Shown here: one piece after another, positions 27,261 through 38,786 of the stretch
Numbering within the stretch: position 1 is the stretch's first letter
Layout of the letters: each line of letters opens with the position of its first letter
Assembly (NCBI RefSeq): GCF_964355755.1
Contig: NC_092672.1
Coordinates: forward strand, 10,230,001 to 10,294,000
Source: Antedon mediterranea
Taxonomy: Eukaryota > Animalia > Echinodermata
Reading direction: 5' to 3'
Length of the DNA: 64,000 nucleotides
Position numbers and translations under genes: made by a program
Notes under the pieces: model-generated
What the model was told of the DNA's origin: nothing
The model's input: only the letters and a program-made list of their open reading frames with translations
Database searches by the model: none

Positions 27261-27798
27261 GTGTATACAAATATAGATGGTCTAATCAACAAAAAAGCAG
27301 AACAAGAGAGCTACTTAAGCAGCAAAACTGATGCACCGGATATTCTAGCAATTACAGAAGTATTTCCTAAGCGACGAAGTAGTGATATCTATACAACAGT
27401 CCTTCAGCTAAATGGGTATGACATGTTTATAACAGACCAGCAGGGCAGAGGAGTTTGTATATATACAAATAAGGCGCTAAAAGCAACAAGTGTAAACTTC
27501 GACACACAAGTAAACAACTTTAATGAAAGTGTCTGGTGCGAGATCAGACTTGAAAATGAAGAAAATATATTAGTGGGATGCATATATAGAAGTCCAAACT
27601 CTTCAAAAGAGAATAATGATGCATTGTTAGATTTGATATCAACAGATAGACTGGACATCGTAGATTTCGAGAGCTAGTGAGAATCATGGTAGCAGCAAGC
27701 TTGTTGATTGTCTTCAGGACAACTTCCTTTACCAAGTATCTAACCGAAATACAAGATATAGAGATGGTAATAGACCAAGTCTGTTAGATTTAATCATT
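27261..27798 (+). pseudogene. LINE endonuclease domain, disrupted
   Basis: ORF 27261-27677 encodes the APE N-terminal part. Near 27645 the GDFN motif region is missing and the frame shifts. The RT frame resumes as IDWTS*ISRAS..LQDNFLYQ..TR..LLDLI, with an in-frame TAG. Confidence 0.8.
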
Positions 27799-30036
27799 GT
27801 GAACGATGAACTACTAATTGATGAAGTATCTGAATACAGCCCACTTGGAAAAAGTGATCATGTAATTCTTGAATTTTATTTAAACTGTTATTGTAAGATT
27901 GATGATTATCAACCAAGTAGATTTAAATTTTGTAATGGAAACTATCACAATTTAAGAAATGATTTAAAGGAAGTCAACTGGACTGAAATGAATGATAAAG
28001 ATGTAAACACAGCATGGAGTTTTTTTATAGATGCAATACATGAGGCAACTTCAGCAAATATTCCCAAAACTAAACCGAAAGATGGAATCAAAAACAAAAG
28101 AAAATCAGCAGTATGGATGAACACGGAAGCTCTAGCTAAAATAAAGAAAAAGTACCATGCATGGAAGCGTTATACTGCCACAAAGCACTACAAAGATTAT
28201 GAGAAATATACAAAATTAAGAAATGCAGCTTCAAAGGAGTCAAAGAAAGCTAAACGGATCTTTGAGAAAAAATTTGCAAAAGAAGTTAAGACTAACCCAA
28301 AATGCTTTTGGAACTATGTAAGGTCTAAAACAAGGATAAAGTGTGGAATTAGCCACCTGACTAAACCTGATGGGTCTAAAACAAAAAATGATGAAGAAAA
28401 AGCTTTTATCTTGAATAATTTCTTTTGTAGCACGTTTACATGTGAAGACATATCCGATGTACCAGAACTTACAAATATATATAATGGTGTACCATTGAGC
28501 ACATTAGCATTTTCAAGAGAGCAAGTCCTAAAGAAGCTGATGAGTCTAAACCCTTCAAAATCTCCGGGCCCAGACAGCATACATCCACGTGTACTAAACG
28601 AAGCAGCAGAACTAATCGCTGATCCACTAACAAACATATTTAATAAATCCATAAAGGAAGGTATCATTCCTGACGACTGGAAGGTAGCTCATGTTTCCGC
28701 TATATTTAAGAAGGGCAACCCTACTAATCCAGGCAACTATAGGCCCATCAGTTTGACATCAGTGATATGTAAAGTAATGGAATCCTTAATCAGAGATGAT
28801 CTAATGATGTTTCTGGAAGGCAACGATCTTATAAGTAACCATCAATATGGATTTAGAGCAGGCAGATCATGTGTAACACAACTGATAATGGTACTTGATA
28901 AATGGACAGCTATGATTGATGAAGAAGGTGGTGTAGACGTAGCATACCTGGATTTTAGCAAGGCCTTCGATACTGTCCCACACCAACGACTACTGAAAAA
29001 AATACAAGCATATGGAATTAATGGTAATCTTTTAAAATGGATAGAATGTTTCTTACTTGAAAGGAAGCAGCGTGTTGCAATTAAAGAAACCTTATCGTCT
29101 TGGTCCCATGTTAGAAGCGGGATACCCCAAGGAAGTGTCCTCGGACCTATACTATTCTTGATCTACATAAACGATCTACCCGATATATTAGAAACCCACA
29201 CAGAGATGTTTGCTGATGATACCAAACTGTTCAATCACATTAATAGTCGGGCTGACTGTGAAGCCCTCCAACGTGATATTGATGCTGCTAACGATTGGGC
29301 AAAAACTTGGCAGTTGAAGTTTAACGTCAATAAGTGCTGCATTATGCATCTTGGCAGGAACCTTGAATTGTACAATTATACGATGTCAGCGGAGGCTTTG
29401 CAGGCAAAAGAGGAAGAAAAAGACTTGGGCGTTATATTTGACCAGACCCTCAAGTTCAGCAAACACGTTGGAATCGTCAGTAATAGAGCCAATAGAGTTG
29501 TTGGTCTGATCAGACATACATTTAACTACCTTGATGAGGAAATGTTTGTTTCACTTTTTAAATCATTAGTGAGACCTCACCTTGAATATGCTAACTGTGT
29601 ATGGTCTCCGTTTCTTCGTAAAGATATAACATGCATTGAAAAAGTTCAAAGGAGGGCAACAAAAGCAATTCCATCATTAAAAGACCTGGATTATACAGAA
29701 CGCCTAAAACGACTAAATCTACCAACATTGGCCTTTAGAAGATTACGAGGAGATATGACTCAAGTTTTTAAAATGGTGACAGGCCTAAGTGGTAGTGGAA
29801 TGCGTAACTTCTTCCCTATGAAAACATACGAGAGAAACCTAAGAAGACATAGATACACCATATATAAGCGACGACCTAAACTGGATATCCGCAAGTACAA
29901 TTTTTCTTACAGAATTGTTAACCTATGGAATAGTCTACCAGAGGAAGCCGTTAACACCACCACAGTAAACGCCTTTAAAAATAAACTTGATAAATTCATT
30001 GAAAGAAAATACAACAAATTTACTTTTATGGGATAA
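27799..30036 (+). CDS. Reverse transcriptase of CR1-type LINE (ORF2 C-terminal 745 aa)
   Basis: Uninterrupted 745-aa ORF with non-LTR RT motifs and a CR1-like C-terminus (LVRPHLEYA..VWSP, IEKVQRRATK, RRLRGDM, FSYRIVNLWNSLP). Confidence 0.9.
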   Translation: MNDELLIDEVSEYSPLGKSDHVILEFYLNCYCKIDDYQPSRFKFCNGNYHNLRNDLKEVNWTEMNDKDVNTAWSFFIDAIHEATSANIPKTKPKDGIKNKRKSAVWMNTEALAKIKKKYHAWKRYTATKHYKDYEKYTKLRNAASKESKKAKRIFEKKFAKEVKTNPKCFWNYVRSKTRIKCGISHLTKPDGSKTKNDEEKAFILNNFFCSTFTCEDISDVPELTNIYNGVPLSTLAFSREQVLKKLMSLNPSKSPGPDSIHPRVLNEAAELIADPLTNIFNKSIKEGIIPDDWKVAHVSAIFKKGNPTNPGNYRPISLTSVICKVMESLIRDDLMMFLEGNDLISNHQYGFRAGRSCVTQLIMVLDKWTAMIDEEGGVDVAYLDFSKAFDTVPHQRLLKKIQAYGINGNLLKWIECFLLERKQRVAIKETLSSWSHVRSGIPQGSVLGPILFLIYINDLPDILETHTEMFADDTKLFNHINSRADCEALQRDIDAANDWAKTWQLKFNVNKCCIMHLGRNLELYNYTMSAEALQAKEEEKDLGVIFDQTLKFSKHVGIVSNRANRVVGLIRHTFNYLDEEMFVSLFKSLVRPHLEYANCVWSPFLRKDITCIEKVQRRATKAIPSLKDLDYTERLKRLNLPTLAFRRLRGDMTQVFKMVTGLSGSGMRNFFPMKTYERNLRRHRYTIYKRRPKLDIRKYNFSYRIVNLWNSLPEEAVNTTTVNAFKNKLDKFIERKYNKFTFMG

Positions 30037-30834
30037 AGTGTATTGCAGAAGAATTTAAATCAAGGAAACGAATGAAAAAAACAAAAACAAAAAAAAAACC
30101 ATGCAGTGATGACTTGATGAAATTGGGAGGGCATGACATGTACCATACATAAATGTATGGTCTACTTACGAGCCCGACAAGACAGGTGATTACAGGTGAT
30201 TATAGGATGGCTGCAGTCGCGTGCTAAAGTTAGTGTTTACCGACCGACCGTCAAACCGACCGACTAAACGACCAACATAGTGAGCTGTAGAGTCGCGTTC
30301 AACGCGACTAATAAACGGTGTGGCAATGATTTCTATGAGATGAATAAAGTAGATATAGGGAAAATTGTACATGTTTTGGTGGTATTTTTATTCAACTTGA
30401 AAAAATGTTATCGACCATATACCAACTACCTAGACTTGCCTCAAGTCTATATTATTGTCTTTTTTTGTTATGTTAGTCCACCAGTCGGCGTTTCGATTTT
30501 TGTCTAAAATACTTTTTACTAACATTTAGTCAAAACTCCGTCTGGAACCCAGAACAACCAACCACTCTATAGCAACCATCGTTTTTAAAAGTTTTCTATT
30601 TTCCATGTTGATGTTCCACCAGCTAATTATGGTAAAATCAGGTTTTTCGTCATAGTGTCTGTCTTTACACTAGATAAAGAGATAACAAGGATTACTCCAT
30701 TAGAAGAACACAAACAGAGATAGGCAAAACATAATAACTCTTGTAAAAGCAGAAATATACTGGTTCCAATTTCAACATTTTATTTTCTTACCAACAATAC
30801 TCCAGTGTCATCTAATCTAATAGAATGACTCTTA

Positions 30835-31401
30835 AGGCCAATTTACATAGACGAACGGTGACGATAAGTGGTAATGGTAAGCGGAAAACAAACATATAGA
30901 ATCTATGTTATTTCTATAACCATTCACATGGTTAACGAGGAGAACGAACGAAAAATCCGCTCATGGTAGAAATATTCTATTTTGTCAACATTTTCGATTC
31001 TGGCCAATCAACGACTGATGTGACGTCATATATATCAACAACTTTTTTTTGTGCGTTCGTCGAGTCCAAGAGGATAATAAATACAAGTTCCGTAATTAGC
31101 CTAGTTTCGGAATTTTTATTATCTAGAAAAAAAATACTATGACGTGACTGATTGTATTGAAGTAAGGATAATGTAAAGAAAAGAAACATTTGGGATTTTA
31201 TTAGGCAACAAGTGTTGATGACTAGTATACTGACCCGCTAAAACCAGGTATATGCCTGGTGTAGACTTCTGTACTAGTCTGGAGACATTCAAATGAAACA
31301 CCTAATTTCCGCGTGCTGTGTAAATTGGACAAGCCAGTCGGTTTCCGCTTATGATTACCGCATACCCACCACCGTTACTGCTCGTCTGTGTAAATTGGCC
31401 C
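30835..31401. mobile_element. PIF/Harbinger-like MITE (~570 bp)
   Basis: TIRs GGCCAATTTACA(T/C)AGACGA..; TTA on the left flank, degenerate on the right. Confidence 0.7.
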
Positions 31402-32047
31402 TTTGCAACTCTCGTTGATGACATTAACTAATTATACACATTATAAAATGATATTTTTAAAACGTTTACTAGATTTCTATACCATTACTTTTTTTTTGTG
31501 AACAAGTGAATACACTTTGTATAATACTGAAAGATATAATTATAAATACAAAGGCAGGTTAAAAAGCCTACCTAATGACTACACTAGCTAGAAAGGTTAT
31601 TACAATAAAATTCAACTGGAACACAATGCCTTTTTAATTTATAATTGGTGTTTTACATGACAAATATATTAAAACAATAGGCCTAATGCCCGTTTTTCTG
31701 AGCTCAATGCTACAGTATACAAGCCATAATAGGCCCACATAAATTATTAATATTTTGAAATACAAAACAAACAGTTTCGTGATTCAATTAAAATAATAAG
31801 TAACTGTGGAGTTCAAAACAGTGAAATCTTGCATATATCTACACAATTATAATTAGCCAGTTTTATTTTACGCTGACTCAAATCATATGGCAACAGTTTG
31901 AAAAGCGACACAGTTCAGGACGCTCGCTCTGCTTCAGAATAACCGATATCGCAACAAGTTCATGCTATTTTATAATAATAGAAGGTATTTTATAAACGGA
32001 CCAGAGTATTTCTTACAATTCAGTGTCATCTATATATTATTATCAAT

Positions 32048-32521
32048 ATGTATTCAATGTTGTTCTTGGTGAGCGTTTTGGTTGTCATTCATCCATCAAA
32101 TTCTTTTAGGATAACACCTTGGCCTAGTAAGTATTGTTTGTTACTATTTTACAAATAATATAAATATAGGTTTGTGTAAAATTACAAATTAAAATCTGGA
32201 ATAAAATCATCTCAATGGGGGAAAAACTCGCACATTCAAACACACAACCAATCTGGCATACCGTATTTTATTAATAGTGTAAAAAATAATAAGGTTATTA
32301 ATTGACTCATAACAGCAAATACTGAATTATTCCTACACAATCTAGAAGCTTTGACTTTTGTTTTTATAGAAGTTCCATGTAAATATCCTGATCATGTTTT
32401 CTGTGAAATGCTTTACTCATGCGTACCATCTTCAATACAGTGCTTTGTAGACATGGAGATTGTGCCTTTAACTTATGTTGACAACGACAGATCTCATAGT
32501 GATACCAATGTTGATCCTTAA
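32048..32521 (+). CDS. Gene C: 76-aa secreted peptide with a 4-Cys LDLa-derived domain (paralog of B)
   Basis: Exon 1 32048-32126 (MYSMLFLVSVLVVIHPSNSFRITPWP). Exon 2 32370-32521 (KVPCKYPDHVFCEMLYSCVPSSIQCFVDMEIVPLTYVDNDRSHSDTNVDP*). GTAAGT donor at 32559. Flanks 31495-34050 align by eye to 24885-26900. Confidence 0.65.
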
Positions 32522-34413
32522 TTAACTGCATCATGTGTATTGAACAAATGTTTAACTTGTAAGTTACTATTGTGCTCTATGTATACTCTGATTATGTTGG
32601 GTCATGACATTAATCCCATATTTAAAATAAGGTTAGTTATAATATTTGCGCATGTGTATGCGGTAAATCGAATGGTGCACCAAGCGCTGTTCAATATGTT
32701 CGCAATTTATACAGAACTAGTCCTCCAATTTTAGGAAATATTTATTGTTACCTAAACATAACTAGCAAAAAAGAATCTTGAAACAGTGCCGATGTTATGG
32801 CTATTGGTTATTAATATAAGTGTTTAGGCCTACTAACTAGTTCATATTGTTTGAAAAGAATTGGATTATCATCTTAAAATTTCAAATAAACAACGGATTC
32901 TGTTTTCTTTTTTAGTCTAGGACCTGGGTCAGATTTGTATGCAATTAATTTAGGAGAGATTATCTCAACTGTTATAGGATAATTTGACCCCAAGGAACGA
33001 CATGGGATATGTGCCAAATTTGCTATCCGAGGCGAACATGCCCAAAACCGGGGTCAAAGGTTAAAAATGTGTGGTTCTTATATCTCGACAACCACTTGTC
33101 GTACAGATTTGGTTTTGGTGTCAAATTGTTCAAAATATAAATATTTATATTCGGTCTAACACAGCTTTTAGCGAGAAAATGACCGGAAATGCTTTTACTG
33201 ACCTTTGACCCAAAAATGACCAAAAAACACATTTTCAGGTTAAATTATTCTTTAAAATGCCAATGGACAAACTGTATGATATCAAATGAAAGCATACATA
33301 ATGTATTACCCACTGCTACCCAACTTGTATTGAAAATATTTAATTATGAAGCTAATTGTATGGAAAATGTGCATATTTTGATTACTTTTATAGAACAAAT
33401 AAAAAAAATAATATTAAAATGGATGTTATCTGATCAACGATATAATGTTATCAACAAGCATGATGTGGTGTAGTGTTTCTTAAATCAATGTATATAGGCC
33501 TATAATAATGTGATTGTATTTTGTATTATTATTATAGATGTTTACTAATTAGTTTATATTGAACAATGTCTATAAAAGTACTTTGACAAGAATTGCATTA
33601 TCTTACATTCAATTCAATTCAAATAAACAACGGAGTTTTTGTTTTCTTTTTAGGAAACATTCTTTGGACAACTTTGGAATAAAGATTAAATTTGTTTGGA
33701 TGTTATCTGATCAACAACACACATGTACGTTATCAAAAATCATGATGTGGTGTAGTCTTTCTTAAATGTATTTTTTGTTATCCTATCTTATTAAGTTTCT
33801 TATTTATGTAGGCCTATAATAATGTGTATTTTGCTTGTATTATTTAAAAACCTAATCTAAAATATTAATTTTCCAACGTCTTAATCGTGATTAAGAATTA
33901 TTGATGTATTGATCTGTGGAAGATGAAATGAATACTTGGTGATTAACGCCATAAAAGAGAAAACAAAATAATTAGCTTATAATAAATTATTATTGTTTAT
34001 TTTGTGTTTGAATGTTTATTATATTATTTATATAATATTTATTTGAGAAACTTAACAAGCCATATCGTGGTATGGTCAAAAACTATTAAGTTGATAAAAT
34101 GTCATCATAAATATCGTTTAGCATAATACTAATTAATTATTGTACGGTGTATTTCCCCCTCAAAACATCAAAATTAATCAGAATTCGAATTGTTATTCCA
34201 TAGAAAACCCGAATAAAACTAACTTTTTCGGGAATTTTTTTTTTCCATTACATTTTTGGTCAAAGATAATAAATATTTGGAAATCAGTGTCATTGTTTTC
34301 GACAGTATACACATTATTTATACATGTATTGTCTTTTATCCGATATGAACAAAATATATTAATTTCGCTTGCATTATGCACTAACTGCATACTTTTGAAA
34401 TAATAATATTATT

Positions 34414-34480
34414 ATTTTGGTCAAAAAACCCTTACCTGCGATTGCGTAGATGGGTATTGACCTTAGTGAAAAGAGTAGAC
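34414..34480 (+). pseudogene. Decayed EGF exon relic
   Basis: ATTTTGGTCAAAAAACCCTTACCTGCGATTGCGTAGATGGGTATTGACCTTAGTGAAAAG matches gene A EGF2 (TTT TGG TCA AAT AAA CCT TAC TGC GAC TGC GTA GAA GGG TAT..GAA AAG) with indels and no intact splice sites. Confidence 0.75.
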
Positions 34481-34622
34481 AAAATCTACATTGTAAAATA
34501 TTAGGCCTGAATACTTTTTAAAATACAATAAACAATTTAAATTTTAAAATTGTTGTTTTACATGACAGTTATTAAAATAATTTATTGCCTACTTGTTGTT
34601 GCTTTGAACTATAAATTGTAAA

Positions 34623-35947
34623 TCTATATATAAATTATGGTTAATTCTGACATAGGCGAGCACAATGCAAAAACTTCGGTACAAATCTCCGCCTTGGATA
34701 CCTACCTTATCTATCCGAGATGTACCGCGAAACGTAGATTTGATAACATTAGTGTGCACGCCGACGCTATTGTTCCATATTTATATCTTAGGAAGATATT
34801 ATAAAGAGTTTTTTAACAACATTTATGATTTCAACATTAGATTTTCCTCTCAATTTCAATTCTTCCCGGTCAAAGTAATTTCCGGGTTTAAGATAAGTTC
34901 ACCTTGAAACGACCTGGTTTCAAATATTTTCTCTCTTTTAAACAAAAGGGAGCAGTTAAAATAATAGATTTGACCCTAAAGGTGACTGGAAACAGGCACT
35001 TTCCATCAATCAATACAGTGTCCCTTTGGAAGACGAAAAAAAATCAGATAGTAGGAGTCATAGCCATTTCAGTTTTTTGTTTATTTTAAAACACCACGCG
35101 TGTGTGAAGGTACAGTAGTTAAATTATACTGCAAATTAATAAAGATCAAATTAAATATACGTCATAAAGAATCAGAATATATTGTGGGGAATAGTATTAT
35201 AAAATTACATAGGGAGATTTGATGATAAGACATTTTTCGAGTGAAATCCCGATAGCTGAGTTTTATTGAGAAGCTTGCAGGAATAACTGTAGGCTATCTT
35301 CCTGTGTCCCGTTAGGACCGAGATGTCTGCCCATGTTGCAAGCTGTAATGTCTTCTTTCTTGGGCCCACTCTGTTACGGCAGTTTCAAAAGATGATTAAA
35401 TTAAATAATGTATTAATAATTATTAGGATGGTATTCATTTGAATAAACGCCTCTCCAATAAAACATCACTTTGAATAATTACCCCCCCCCCCCAACCCAA
35501 CTATCCAATAAACGTCCATCCACATATTTATAATAACACAATTATACTATTTGTAGTAGAATTCACCGCACTGTTATCTACAAAATTTACCAAGCATTTG
35601 TTATTCTTTTTTACCACTTTTCATATCTACTGTATTAGAGGATTTCATTTGATTATAAATGTTACCATATTATTAAAACTAAAAAATTTAACATATATCC
35701 CTCGAATAAGCACCTCCCTCAAATGACCTCCGCCTCTCCAAAGGGCCCTACCAAACAATAAAAACTATACTTTAAAATGTTATTAATCATCTAAAACACT
35801 GTGAAACAAAGTAGTTTAGTTTTACGAATGTCAAGCATTTTCAATAATGGTAACCGACAGAAAATGTATAAGGAGAACATTATCATTCCGAGAACCATCG
35901 TCTACACTTCCTAGAGGGGGAGCGAGCGAAGCGAGCTCACCCTCTAG
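34623..35947 (+). mobile_element. Non-autonomous Helitron (related to the 16895-18196 copy)
   Basis: A|TCTATATATAAATT start; 3' GC-rich hairpin (CTAGAGGG GGAGCGAGCGAAGCGAGCTCA CCCTCTAG) ending CTAG|T. Shares the subterminal CGAGAACCATC..ACAC..CCTAG with the first Helitron. Confidence 0.8.
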
Positions 35948-36409
35948 TAATATAAATAATAGAAAACATGCATACTAATTTTGAATAGGCCTTTAATCGT
36001 ATAATCGCAACGTAAAATACAATTTTACATATGCCGTTTTTCTCTTTTTCATTCGATTCTGCAGCTGTCACACACTAAATAGATTCTAACTGACTTCTAA
36101 AAATAATCTAGAAATGAGTCTAGCTGTATTAAATAATATCCGTTGCCGTTTTTTTTTAGTGTTGCATCAAATATATTTAATCATACTCCCATAATCGGTA
36201 TATAGTTTCCCCTTTTTCATATTTTTTTTATCATCTTTATATTTATTTATTATTTCATTTTTCACTTTCTTATCAGTGGGAGATTCTTTCCATTTTTTCC
36301 AAACCCTATGTCAATTAAAATGTTTTTAACACAAATATTAATGTTTTACGCAAAAAAAATACCTTGTTTAAACGTTGAGTTGTTACACTACATGATTCCA
36401 TCGCTTTTA

Positions 36410-36588
36410 AGCGTGGTTCCCACTAGCGACGCAACACAAGGACGTAACGCAACGAAAGTGAATTGACCAATCACAAGCGATGGCTTATTCGCTTGTGATT
36501 GCTAACTGTCTATAACTTCGCTTGTCATTGGTTAAAATGCTTGCGTTGCGTTTACGTCCTTGCGTTACGTTCTAGTGGGAACCAAGCT
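36410..36588. mobile_element. PIF/Harbinger MITE, AGC(G/T)TGGTTCCCACTAG family
   Basis: TIRs AGCGTGGTTCCCACTAG / CTAGTGGGAACCAAGCT with TTA TSD. Other copies at 57362-57559 and 60052-60249; partial copies near 46000-46155 and 60285-60355. Confidence 0.85.
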
Positions 36589-37112
36589 TTACGGTGATTC
36601 AAGTTGTTATTATGGCGTTGTTATTGCGTTTTATTTATAATTGACGGAATTAACAAGACTTTTAACTCGTCCTGACGTGATGACATGACATCTCTTACCA
36701 CTAGGACGTTGCGCAACCCAAGCGAGTTGACCAATGACAAGCGACAGATTATCCATTGATGGAAAGTGCATTGATCAAATCACTTGAATTCTGTTCCTAG
36801 GAATCTAGCAAATCCCTTAATTATTTATGTAAATATTATGCATTAAACAAAACAACATAAACAGCTGGAAAGAACGATAAAATTCGCAGTGTTAGCGTTT
36901 GTATTGCATATTTCTACGAAATAAACTATTGCAGTGCCTCTTAAACATGTAGCAGCAGTTTGAATAAGACATAGTTCACACTACGATCGTTGTTCTGCTT
37001 CACTGTTTTTAAAAATAACCGATATCGCAACAGGGTATGTTCTATTTTTATATTGAAAATCCAACAGCTTGTCTTCTCACCAACACTTCAGTGGCATCCA
37101 CTAAATACCAAT

Positions 37113-37604
37113 ATGTATTCAATTTTGTTCCTGACGAGAATTGTAGTTCTCGTTCATCATTTAAGCTCTAGTGTAACTGGTAAGTTTTTTTGTGTGTTTT
37201 GTTTACAAATAATATGAAAATGTTATGGCAGCCCCTGCATCTGTACGTATTGGCCAAAGTGTGCACTGGACGAGACAATGTAATATAGGACCAATTGACA
37301 TTTTCGTTCGCGACAATCGTCGGCCAGAAATAGCCATTACTCAAATTTTTTTTTTATTTATTTTTTTTTAAATTGATATCTGTATACTCTGATGCCATAC
37401 AGAAGCTATTACATTTTCCTACAGACTCTAGAAGCTTACTTTGACGTTTCTATTTTAGCACTTCCATGTGAAGCTGACCAATTTAGCTGTAAAACAAGTG
37501 GTGAATGTATACCGTCTACGCGTGTTTGTGATTGGATCCAAGACTGCCGCGATAATTCAGATGAGATCAAGTGTTCCCCCGGTAGTGCAAATTTCCTTGG
37601 GTAA
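37113..37604 (+). CDS. Gene D: 70-aa secreted single-LDLa peptide
   Basis: Exon 1 37113-37179 (MYSILFLTRIVVLVHHLSSSVT). Exon 2 37459-37604 (ALPCEADQFSCKTSGECIPSTRVCDWIQDCRDNSDEIKCSPGSANFLG*), a canonical six-Cys LDLa. GTAAGT donor at 37633; UTR exon near 38176 is homologous to those of B and C. Confidence 0.75.
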
Positions 37605-38714
37605 TACTTTGAATCACCAGTAATATAACATTGTAAGTTCTGTAGTGCGGCTCTATTTTTGCTATTCTAAATGGAGATGAATAATTTGGTCTAACAGTCC
37701 GCTGGACTGAATTGCGCACGAATGTAGACGCATAATTATATCAATCTGCTCGTGTACAATAGCTACCAAGCGGCAATTAATGAACGGCAGGGCTGGACAA
37801 TTATTGTCCTACTAGGTCTATTCTTTATATTTTTTTGTTGCTAAAGATAGTTACTGTAGCGTACTGTATGTATATAATCTTATTATGTACAAATAATGGA
37901 TATTTATGAGCGTGATGGTACAAATATTGCAAGAGGTGAAAGATGAAAGATTATATGACCTTTCATCTTTCATCTGTTTTACCGACAACTGATGGTATTT
38001 CACGGAGCATGCGCAAGATTGATAAGGCATTTGTGTTTTATAGTGGGACACACAATGGTCCAACCAAATGACATGAATGTTTTTACTGTAGGCATAGGCC
38101 TATACTTTATTGTATCAACAAAATTGATTAATTATCTTAAGAATCCAAATAAATAATTCTTTTCTTCCATATTAGAAAATATTCGCCAAGTCATCAAGTC
38201 AAGTTTGGCGCCATCGATAAGCTTCATTTTGTGCATTGTTTCTTAATTCTATATGTAGGCAAATAATGTGTTTGTATATGCTTGTGTTAATCTTTTAACA
38301 TATTTTAAAGTAATAATTTTCCAAAATCAATGTCTCAATATTTATTTAAAATCATTTAATAACTTAAAGTCAGTAACATACCGTGTTTTGGTCATTATAG
38401 CATCTAAATAAATAAACAAAAACACTCTTAAATGAATAAAATGCAATCATAAGTAAAAGACTGTGATCTATTGTTTAACATAATTTAATTATTTAAAATA
38501 TCAAGAAAAAACTCAACTTTGGAATGTGTATTATTTGCATAAGCCACTGTCACCAGTATTTTTATTCACGAAGCGGGATCTTCGGATAGATACTTTTATA
38601 TATATAAACAAAACAGGCATGAAAATTATTTCTAAACCGCCCGGTGATATACTGAAATGTAATTAATTGATTTGAAACGATAAGATGAGGAAATCTGTGA
38701 GAATGAGAAAAAGT

Positions 38715-38786
38715 TTCTCCAACCGAGATTCAAACCCGGACCTTCTGCTTAATATGCAGATGTCCTAACTATTCGACCACTGGAAT
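38715..38786 (-). other. tRNA-like sequence (pseudo-tRNA or SINE head)
   Basis: Minus strand ATTCCAG TG GTCG AATAGTTA GGAC A TCTGC ATATTAA GCAGA AGGT CCGGG TTTGAAT CTCGG TTGGAGA A folds as a cloverleaf and is followed by a T5 run. The T-loop (TTTGA) and anticodon loop are non-canonical. Confidence 0.65.

Larger units (their letters stand above)
26970..30204 (+). mobile_element. CR1/L2-clade LINE retrotransposon, 5' truncated and defective
   Basis: APE endonuclease motifs (YTNIDGL, ITE, GRGVCIY, CIYRSPNS, SDH) and RT motifs (KSPGPD, NYRPISLTS, QYGFR, YLDFSKAFD, GIPQGSVLGP, FADD). 3' tail ends in (CAGGTGATTA)x2 near 30183-30202. Confidence 0.93.

Noticed and set aside
28314-28667. 117-aa minus-strand ORF (also 14150-14407, 18580-18915, 27404-27658, 40079-40462)
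   Set aside because: Antisense shadows of the LINE ORF or of LDLa exons, with no independent coding signal.
32452-32480. Out-of-frame GGA GAT TGT GCC (G-D-C-A) in gene C as a frameshifted remnant of LDLa Cys5
   Set aside because: Too short to distinguish from chance, and gene B has no equivalent; noted as a caveat only.
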